Shown here: positions 54,793-64,000 of the stretch, one piece after another
Layout of the letters: every line of letters starts with the position of its first letter
How positions within the stretch are numbered: the first letter of the stretch is position 1
Source: Camelus dromedarius
Lineage: Eukaryota
Assembly: GCF_036321535.1 (NCBI RefSeq)
Contig: NC_087436.1
Span: 94,428,001 to 94,492,000 of the forward strand
Direction of reading: 5' to 3'
DNA: 64,000 nt
Program-made: the position numbers and the translations under genes
The notes under the pieces: model-generated
Database searches by the model: none
Told to the model about the DNA's origin: nothing
Seen by the model: only the letters and a program-made list of their open reading frames with translations

Positions 54793-56825
54793 GTAAAATC
54801 TGAGTAATTTTATTCCTTTGTAATTTACTGTGCTTAATTACATTGTTAGCAAAATACAATAGAAATTACAATCTATTGTATTTAACGTTTTTCTGTGTGA
54901 AAGTCAAGTTAATACAGTGTTAAAGAGCTAATAATTTGTATGTTTTCTGCATATCTTTTAATTATCTTTACAAATGAATGTATTTGGATTCTATGGTTTT
55001 TCAGATCTTAGGTATGGGTTTGTCTTTTAGCTTACTTTTACAAAAAGGACGGCTAAATTAAAGTTATAGTTTATCTTTTCACTTACATGATGAGTTTCAA
55101 AAGAATAATGATTGATCACCTGCATTTATTTCTTATAGTTAGCATTTTCAAAAGTAACTGTCTTATATAACTTAGCTGGATTCATTGAACTAAAAGAATA
55201 TCATACTTCCTATGAAAGTGATGTTTCCATATTGCTGTGCTAAACTTAGGTCTGAAATGATGGTTTATGTTTAGTTATTACTTTTTGTGTGATTTCCTCC
55301 AAGTGAATGCAGTTAAAAGTGTGGGCTGATAAAGAAGTAGTACTAAGAACAACAGTTCTTAGCAGTTATAGCAGTTGCTGAGCAATAGTATCAACTATAA
55401 ATTCAGCCATAAATAACAGACAGATAGGCAGGACAGGCTGATTAAACATGTTACTTATGCAGTATCTCTTGGTTATGAAATACAGCAAGATGTATTCTTT
55501 AAATTCTTTCAAAATAGTCACAGAAGGCAAATAGATAAAGTGTACATCATTTAACTTATTCAACTATGTCAGTAATTCTATCTCTGAAGAGTTTTTTCCC
55601 TTGGCTTAAATTTAAATGGAATGACACTCCCTACTGGTTAGGTTAACTGCCCACATCCCCTTCCCCCTATACACACCAGATTTCAGGTATTGCCATTTGT
55701 ATTATTGCCTCCTTTTAGAAACGTTTCACTCCTACTTCTGTCAGTGTTTAAAGTTTTAGGAAGAGTTGAGTAACTGATTCTTGATAACAGTATGTTACGG
55801 TCTGATAGCACCTACTGGACATTTAAGGACCTGGATTTAGTGTAATGAATTAAATGACCTTGAGTATAGCCTTTCTAAAACTTGTTTTCTGTAAAATGTG
55901 GGAACAGGACTTAATCTTTGGTTTCACTGCTTACATTCTTTAGTTTCATGTAAGAAATGTCAAAAGGCATCTGTGTTACCTGTTACAGGAACAGAGTTTT
56001 ATACCATCTACTAAATAGCCCCCAAATGAGAAAATTTTAGAAAAAAAATTATAAGAAAGTATTAAATAAACCAAAGATAGTATTGATTTGTCATTGAGAC
56101 AAGTCTTTTTTTGGTTATTGTTTTTATTCCATCATACTATCTTTGTTTTAACTCTAGATTTTTGTAGTCTCCTTTTCTGTCTACCCTCTTGTCACCACCT
56201 TTCTTTCCTCTTAGTAAATCATCCCAGTCTCTTTAAGTCCAAAAGAATCTTTAACTGACTAGGATGTGACTAGGTAAATCTTTTGCCCTTTTAATCTGCA
56301 AAGTAGGAAAAATCACCTAAGATAATCACTAAGGTGCTTTCCAACTTTGTAATTCTAGGATCGTGATACTAAATTTTGTTCTTCATGTCCTGAGTTAATA
56401 TCAGAAGGGATATAACTAGGATAAAACATTCCAGATGATAGGGCCTTTGTTTGCAGAGTAAATTATACACTTTCTCTTTTATCTTTTAATCACTTCTAAA
56501 GCTTGACCAAAATTTTTTTAGGCAGAATCTAATGAAATCTTCTGTAAGATTTATTTACTGTTGCTTGGCTTTGAAGGAAATAAAAAATTAATAGATGATT
56601 TAGCAGTATTTGCATTGGATAATTTCAGAAAATAGTCTGTTTTCTAAATAGGAACATACTCAAAATGATTGGTACAGCAGTTTGTCTGCCTCTTATAAAA
56701 ATAAACATTGTGCCAATTTATACATAAAGAAATTTGATTGTGCAACCTAGTGAAAGAAGTGGCAAATTTTGCAGTATATTGAAGTTTGCTATCTAGCTCA
56801 TCCAAAAAAACTTTATATTTTCTAG

Positions 56826-56977
56826 TGGCGAGTAAGAAAAGAAGCTATGATGGGTCTGGCTCAACTTTATAAGAAATACTGTCTTCATGGCGAAGCGGGA
56901 AAGGAAGCTGCAGAGAAAGTCAGCTGGATAAAGGACAAACTTTTGCATATATATTATCAGAATAGCATCGATGACAA
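56826..56977 (+). CDS. PDS5A: PDS5A coding exon (approx. exon 12), 152 nt, [50 protein letters not shown](K)
   Basis: ttttctag acceptor; AA|gtgagt donor. Confidence 0.97.
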
Positions 56978-58339
56978 GTGAGTCTAATATGTTGGTAAAA
57001 TGAATTTAAAAGTGCTTTTAATTTTTTAAATATAAGTTCTATTTAATTTTTTTCACAATGATTTGTTTCTAAGTTTAGAAATCACTTTCTGCATATTTAC
57101 ACATATCATGTTTAAATAAAACTCTAGCCAGGATTGTAAGTTAGCATAATAAAAGTGAAATAGTCATGAGATTTGTACTGAGACTAGAGACCAAATGTTC
57201 ATTCTGCCCCTTACTGTATGTTAGCTCTTGCACAACTGCTTTAGCTTTTTTATGCACTTGATTTTATCTAAAAATGAGTAATAATAAAGCCTTCCTTATG
57301 GAATTATCATGTGGATTAAAGAAAATAATGAATGTAAAGACCCTTAGCCCACTGCCTAGCAATACAGCACTATTTAATACTAGTTATTTTTCCTTCTTAC
57401 AACACTGTAAGAACCATTAGAGGTGTTACTGTGCTTTTTTTTTAATTGACATAATGATCCTATATTTGTATATATTGTGAAATGATGGCCACAGTAAGAC
57501 TGTTTAACATCTGTACCCATACTTAGTTACAAAATACTTTTTTTTTCTTGAGATGAGAACTTACATTGTTTTCATTTTGTGAATGTTGCTTACAATTCTG
57601 TATTGGATTACAATAATGATTTTGGTTTTTTGCAAAATACTTTGCAATGTTTTATTGAATTAGACTACTTTGGCATCATTGGATATGTATTTCACTGACT
57701 AATGAAGAGCTTTTGTATTTTCTTATTCCAGTGATATTGAATAAATAAATATAAACTTAGCAAGAAGGATATTCCAATATTGTAAGGAATTTAGAAAGTA
57801 GAAAGGAGATCAAATGTGCATAGGAAAAGCTAAAATTTCAGGAAGTTCAAGAGAGATTCCCCCTTTTTGTACTCAGTGACAACATAGGAAAGGAGCCAGT
57901 GTAATTAGAGGAAATTAATGGGCTTTTTGGTGGGTGGGTTTTTTTTTTTTTTTTTTTTTTTTTGAGAATTAGCTGTTCTTGAGATCATAGCCTTATATGT
58001 AGTGTTAAGCAATTCAGTATAGCTGCAGACTGATGAAGAATAGATGGAACAGCCTGTCACCCCATGTTTAGGAAAAACATATAACCCTTTTAGAACAAAT
58101 GTTTCATACTGACAAATTAACAAGTGTAGCCAGAAATAGCAATCATAGCTCTAAACTGAAAAATAACCATACTTGCAAGGAAAGGCCTTGATCACATACT
58201 GATCTTTTCCACTGTGTTTGCACACACAGGTGTAACTATTGGTATGGTAACTTTGCATAAAGTGGTTAAAATACAGAATGGCTATTGCTTCTAAAAATGG
58301 AATGATTTTATTACTTGGGGTTTTTTGTTTGCTTCATAG

Positions 58340-58453
58340 ACTGTTGGTAGAGAAAATCTTTGCTCAGTATCTTGTCCCCCACAACCTGGAAACAGAAGAG
58401 AGAATGAAGTGCTTGTATTATTTATATGCTAGTTTGGATCCAAATGCTGTCAA
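58340..58453 (+). CDS. PDS5A: PDS5A coding exon (approx. exon 13), 114 nt, [37 protein letters not shown](K)
   Basis: ttcatag acceptor; AA|gtaagt donor; phase 2-2. Confidence 0.97.
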
Positions 58454-58824
58454 GTAAGTTACTTTTTAAATGATTTAGAGTATTTCTTGGAGATTTTATA
58501 AAATTATTTCATCTTATTAATTGTCGTTGATAGGGTTGTTGCTTATTCTAGTTGAATCAAAAACCCCAGGTAAATATTTATAGAGAAAATTTTTATGATA
58601 AAAATTCAGGTAAGTTAAAGGCAAAAATAGTCCTGTATTCATAGACGTATTTGTCCACTGAGCCAGTAATGTGGTTTCAGGGATTCAGTGAACCTTATGT
58701 CAAAATTATCTTTTGGCCACCTGTTGACTGCCATCTAGATTACACTATTGGAGCTCTCCCATACTAAGCCTAAGAATTAAGTCCTGGTTCTTTGTCAGGA
58801 GCGCATATCCAGGTCACTTCAAGG

Positions 58825-58952
58825 TAGGGTAACTATATGATTGATGTCCAAACAGATATTTTTTAGATTGAAAGGAGGCAGTATTAATAATTCTGTCCAG
58901 ACAACCAACATAAACTTTACCCCAGGCCACATAGAATGTGTGGACATTGCAC
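58825..58952. mobile_element. MER81-like hAT-Blackjack MITE
   Basis: tagggtaactatatgattgatgtccaaac...gaaaggaggcagtattaataatt resembles the recalled MER81 consensus. Confidence 0.65.
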
Positions 58953-59119
58953 TTTAATAAAGCTTTTTAAAAAGTAAGTCAGTCCTGTCATTGAGAATTC
59001 TGATTCTTTTGAATAAGAATCTCAGCCATTACATATATAACGTATGTGTGTGTGTGTGTAGATTTATATATATACATTTATAAGTTCACAATTATATATA
59101 TAAATCTACAATTTTCATA

Positions 59120-59685
59120 TAAATTCAAATTTATGGAAAAGTTGCAGGAATAACACAAAGCTTTATGATATCCCCTTTAACAAGTTTCATCATTTTTGAC
59201 CACTTGCTTTATCATTTACCATTTGCACATACTTTATTTCTGTATACATATTTTCTTCTGAACCATTGGATCCCTTTGTCTCTAATACACTTCAGTTTAT
59301 ATTTGCTAAGAACAAGGATGTTCTCTAATATCACTAGAGTACCCTAATCAAAATCAGGAGATACAATATTGATAACAGTATTATTGTCTAATCCAGTGTG
59401 TATTCAAATTTCCTCAATTGTCCAAATGTCCTTTACGGATTTTTTTTTCTCCTTTTTGTAACACATTGCATATTTGTCATTGTCTCTAGTCTCTTTTAAT
59501 TTAGAACCATTATCAGTCTTTGTCTTTATGACTTTGACATTTTTCAGAAGAGTATTGCATCTGTAGAATGTTCTCTCATTTGGGGTTCATCTAGTATTTC
59601 CTTATTATTAGATTGAGATTATGCATTTTCAGCAGAAGTTTCATAGAGTAACATATCCTTGTTGCAGTATATTAGGAGGCTTTAG
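59120..59685 (-). mobile_element. Old L1MC/ME-type 3' fragment
   Basis: gaaaagttgcaggaataacacaaag and ctaagaacaaggatgttctc motifs. Confidence 0.6.
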
Positions 59686-60446
59686 CCATCATTTTTAAAA
59701 AAAAAAAAAGGATTTGTAAATGGATCCTAATGTTCACTATAGGTAGTAAACCTTTGGCTTAAGGTCTTGGTCTCTATTTATATTTCAAAATATTTGGCAA
59801 AGAATACTCAGAGATAAACTTGTTTCCCAGAAGTCCTCTGGGCACCTGAAACTATGAAGAGAGTTTGTGAGAAAAGAAAATCTGCTTTCATGGAGAGAAG
59901 AGTCTAGAATAAACAAATTCAATTTAAATTTGGCATCTTGAATCTGCATCATTTCTGTGAAACTTGTTTTTTTGAAATGGTCCACGTTCCTTCATGCATA
60001 CCCCCATAGCCTGGCATAAAAAGGTCTTAGATGATCTGATCCTTTCTATAGTATGTTTCAGCTTCCTGATGCTCTCCTACTCACACTGTGTGCTCCTAGC
60101 CTATAAAAAATATTTTTAACTTTCCTGTATGTTCCATGCACTTCTATGACATTTTATCTTTTTTTAGTACCAGAACGTTCTAGCTACCTCTGCTTGGAAT
60201 GTCTTTCAATTCCTCATTTACCTCACAAGATCTTATCCATCCTTCTAAACATCTCAAATATTTTCTCTCATAAGAAGCCTTATATTTACTATTTCAAACT
60301 GAACTATCTTAATCCTAATAAATAAATTTTCTGGTGCTTAAAATTTTATGTAGATGTAGAATGATGTATCTACTCTGTGCAATAAGTAGTAAGGTTGAAT
60401 AGTTACCAGTATTGTTATTTTTTTTCATGTTTATAACTATTTACAG

Positions 60447-60528
60447 AGCTCTCAATGAAATGTGGAAGTGTCAGAACATGCTTAGAAGTCACGTACGAGA
60501 ACTATTGGATTTACACAAGCAGCCTACA
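60447..60528 (+). CDS. PDS5A: PDS5A coding exon (approx. exon 14), 82 nt, [27 protein letters not shown]
   Basis: tttacag acceptor; ACA|gtaggt donor. Confidence 0.96.
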
Positions 60529-61068
60529 GTAGGTTCATGATTTGTTTAAATTTATGGTTTGTTATAGTCATTGTTAGTTTTTCTGAAGTTATATATAATC
60601 AAGTAGGCAAAAAGTATCTCAAGTGTTTTATTTTCTGAATGTCAGTTAAACAATTTCTGTAGTTACCCAAGCTAAATTTCCATTTCACATGAGTATAACA
60701 AAATCTTACTTTCCAGCATGAACAAGGAAATGGTGTTTTCTAGTTTATCAAGCATTTAGACACTAGGAATTTATACATAGTTTATCAATTTTCAAATTAG
60801 AATTAAACCTCAAGATAAAATTACATTAGAAGTCATAATATATTTTTGCTCTGTGATTTTTGGTCCTTAGCTGTAGTCAGTGTCATGATTGGTATCAATC
60901 CTATAAATATGCCAAATCAAATTAACAAATTCTGCCCAATGTTTTCTGGAACATGAGGGAAAGAAACTTGAATAATCTCTTAGTATATTTCTGAATATAT
61001 TTGCTAGAATAGATGTTCTTAGCCAGGGAACCATAGACAGAGACTCCTCAGTGCCCATGGATGCTAAA

Positions 61069-61250
61069 ACAAGGGTTTTCGAACCTTTTTTTGTAATCGA
61101 CCAGATAATAAAAATGTAGGCTTTGCCAGCCATACACTCTCTGGTGAACTACTTGACTCTGCCTTTGTGGTATAGAAGCAGTCATAGATAGTATGCAGAT
61201 AAATGGACATGACTGATCCAACAAAACTTTTAACAAAAACAGCAGATCCC
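61069..61250 (-). mobile_element. MER58A-like MITE
   Basis: ccagataataaaaatgtaggctttgccagccata...aactacttgactctgcc motif. Confidence 0.7.
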
Positions 61251-61691
61251 AATTACTGAGATTTCATACAAATTAAATAATAAAATAAAACTTCATTGCA
61301 ATGGAGGAAAGTGAAGTAAGAAGGGAGGTGATCATTTTAACATTTGGGCCACAAAGTAGCTAATAGAACTTTATTCAGAAAGAAAATTTTTCTACTCTTC
61401 ACATTTTTAGTTTATTTCTTTGGTGTATGGTTTCACAGTAATTTTGATATGATAATTATTTTCATTATCTTCTGTTCGATCTTCTGGCAAGATTATTTTC
61501 CTAGGAAAGTTGTATATTCTTTTTAAAATTTTTAAATACCTTTCTTCTGACGTCTCCTTTCCTGCATTTGTGCTAACTTAATTGTTGTTGCTACTCCGTA
61601 CTTCATTATCAACATAGGGTGTAGATATGGTAAGCACTGTTCTAGTGGGTAGATTGTGATGGATTTTTTTTTTTTTTTTTTTTAATATCCA

Positions 61692-61841
61692 GGTGGGAAA
61701 GGTATAACTCAAGTGGTAGAGCACATGATTATCATGCATGAGGTCCTGGGTTCAATCCCCAGTACTTCCTCTAAGAATAAATAAATAAATAAACCTAATT
61801 ACCTCCCCCACCAAAAACAATTTAATTAATTAAAAATAGAA
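61692..61841 (+). mobile_element. vic-1-type SINE, sense to PDS5A
   Basis: GGGAAAGGTATAACTCAAGTGGTAGAG...GGGTTCAATCCCCAGTAC, (AATA)n tract, TSD aatatcca. Confidence 0.9.
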
Positions 61842-61922
61842 AATATCCAATACTGTGTATAAATTTTCTTAAAGAAATTTGTTAGCACATATGACTTCTT
61901 TTATTTTTATTTTAAATTTCAG

Positions 61923-61971
61923 TCAGAGGCTAACTGTTCCGCCATGTTTGGAAAACTGATGACCATAGCAA
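61923..61971 (+). CDS. PDS5A: PDS5A coding exon (approx. exon 15), 49 nt, SEANCSAMFGKLMTIA(K)
   Basis: tttcag acceptor; CAA|gtgagt donor; phases fit both neighbours. Confidence 0.95.
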
Positions 61972-62208
61972 GTGAGTATGTTTGTTGGCTCCATAGATAC
62001 ATAATAAACATCAAATAATTTACCCGGTGAAACTATCAATTTAATACTAAGTAAGACAAAAATAATTCTTCCCTTATTAATTTTATTTCTAAGAACCAGG
62101 TAGGCTGATTATGTTTTGATGGCTTAAAATTATTTTTTAAGACAGCTTGCTTTTAGTTTAGTAGAGTAGTCTTTCTTTTGTAATATTGATTCTTTTTTAA
62201 TTTTATAG

Positions 62209-62348
62209 AGAATTTGCCTGACCCTGGGAAAGCACAAGATTTTGTGAAGAAATTTAACCAGGTTCTTGGGGATGATGAGAAACTGCGGTCTCAGTTGGAG
62301 TTGTTAATCAGCCCGACCTGTTCATGCAAACAGGCAGATGTTTGTGTG
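62209..62348 (+). CDS. PDS5A: PDS5A coding exon (approx. exon 16), 140 nt, [46 protein letters not shown]
   Basis: ttttatag acceptor; GTG|gttagt donor; overlaps track ORF 62214-62429. Confidence 0.96.
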
Positions 62349-63534
62349 GTTAGTAAATTATACTTCCACATTTGTTCTCCTAGCTTTGCTTATAGAAGCT
62401 TTTATTTCATTAAAGCCTGCTATACATAGATTATTTTATTTGTATGAGTTTAACAATATTATGAGCTCTGAATTACCTACAAATAGATCTGTGCTCAACT
62501 TAGTTCTCTTTACTTACCACTCATCAGCCAAATTGCAGGAAAAACATTAAGTGGTCCTAGGAATTGAGCAAGATAAAATGCTGTGTATTTAGTAGACACT
62601 CATTAGGTAAATAAGAATTTTCTAAAGGCTTGTGTGTGTATGTATTTTCTTCTCCCATGCATTAGCACAGAAAAAACCCTTGTTGGTAAATCAGCAATAG
62701 TTACATTGCCATATGTGCATTTATAGATAATTCCTATCTAGGCTTTTGTCTTCATTATGTTTGTAAACTATTTATTGTATAGAAAACTAGAATTATAGAC
62801 AGCATCTGGAAGGAAAACTTCATTCATTTATTCAGCATTTTATGAGACAGTTCTCTAATTTCATTCATATCAATTACTACCAGTATAACCTTTAGTAAGT
62901 TCTTCAGTATCTTTGAGCCTCATGTTTATTGCCTGTAAGTGTTAACAACCTCGCAGGGTTGTTAAGAGGAGATATATATAGATACAGATATTTGACCCTG
63001 CACTACCCTTTAGGATTTAAGTGAATTGTATTTCTATGCTATTACACATATATGACAAACACTATGCTTGGACCCAGCTTACAGAGATGAATAAGAGAAA
63101 GAAAATCATTTGTTATTTCTGTCTAACTTTGTTCTGGAAAGAATTAGAGTGGGATAATTATTTAAATATGTGATAAGGGATAAAGACTATAATATATATA
63201 TACAAGTCTTCTGGGAGCATGGAGTAGGTTTTTTGTTTTTGTTTTTTCAATCTAGTAGGGATACAGGCCTGGCAGGAATATAGGATCTCTAAGTGGGTCT
63301 AAAACGAGTAGTAATTAGGATGAAGTTGGGGGGAAACATGTTAGGGAAGGGAGCAGTGGGCTCTTCCTTTGGACCTAGGGATGTGGATGTGCCAACTACT
63401 CAGACTACCTCAGTCTTTGCATTTCTGAGCTGGGTGGTTTGCTGAGAACGTCTAAAGATTTCATTTACATATTTGGCATTTAGAATTCTAGTTTCAGAAT
63501 ACTATGTCCTACAGGGCATCTATTATTATAAGTT

Positions 63535-63700
63535 GGATCATAGAATGAAATAGCTTGAAAATACCCTAGAGATAATTGACTTAACCACTTTATTTTACAG
63601 ATAAGGAAATTGAATTTTAAGAAGGTGAAGTTTCTCATTCAGTGTTTCACAGCTAGTTATAGTGGCTGAGCTGCAGGTAGAGTCCAGATCTCATAGACCC
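63535..63700 (-). mobile_element. MIR SINE (similar MIR relics at about 890-1040, 1850-1950, 23780-23960, 57150-57390, 62850-62960)
   Basis: attttacagataaggaaattga...cacagctagttatagtggctgagctg MIR core. Confidence 0.65.
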
Positions 63701-64000
63701 ACGATAGTGTTCTTTCTATACATTCCATCATTGTTTGCAAGAACCAGCACAAGCTGTACTGTATTGCTAGAGTACTGCTCAAGAAATACGGACCTTGAGA
63801 ACAAACAATCAAGTGGTATTATTTGGTCTGAGAAAAAAGTAGGACTTGGGCTTAAGTTTGAAAAATGGCAGTAATGTGAATTCCTGCTGTTTGCCAGACC
63901 AGAAATATCTAAGAGTTTCCAAATCCAAAAAGTATATGCAAAACAGATGTAACCAGAACACCTCAGGATGAATACTGCAGTCATGCAATGCAGCCAATCA

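Noticed and set aside
60529..61926. Compensating +4 alternative donor (gtag|gttcat) and +4 acceptor (tcag|ag) that would change Ser to Val in frame
   Set aside because: The alternative donor gttcat is a very poor consensus match and nothing in the sequence supports its use; likely coincidence.
1..64000. A novel multi-gene system, operon or CRISPR-like array
   Set aside because: The window is fully explained by one spliced mammalian gene plus intronic repeats. There are no regularly spaced repeat-spacer units and no long unexplained ORFs.

Overview
Eukaryotic (mammalian) genomic DNA, AT-rich and CpG-depleted. It covers the interior of the cohesin-regulator gene PDS5A on the + strand. The first 35.4 kb is the 3' part of one long intron with no coding exon. 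It is followed by 14 consecutive GT-AG coding exons (35412-62348; 1632 nt = 544 codons, in frame with no stops), which from recalled knowledge correspond to human exons 3-16 (about aa 47-590). The start exon and the 3' half of the gene lie outside the window. The tRNA-derived SINEs look like the camelid vic-1 family, so the source is probably alpaca, llama or camel (inference). The introns are filled with L1, SINE, LTR (MLT1, MER21, one solo LTR), DNA-transposon (full-length Tigger1, MER58, MER20, MER81) and MIR/L2 relics, plus a 3'-truncated 7SK retropseudogene. Repeat family names come from recalled consensus sequences, not a database search. I see no evidence of a new multi-gene biological system, and nearly all ORF-track entries are repeat-derived or chance ORFs. 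The most interesting signals are retrotransposition oddities: an L1 with ORF1 joined directly to the L1 3' end inside one TSD (spliced or half-L1-like), an L1 with an apparent multi-step 3' transduction, a tailless 7SK retrocopy, and two SINEs inserted at the same site. There is also a possible conserved intron read-through short isoform of PDS5A.
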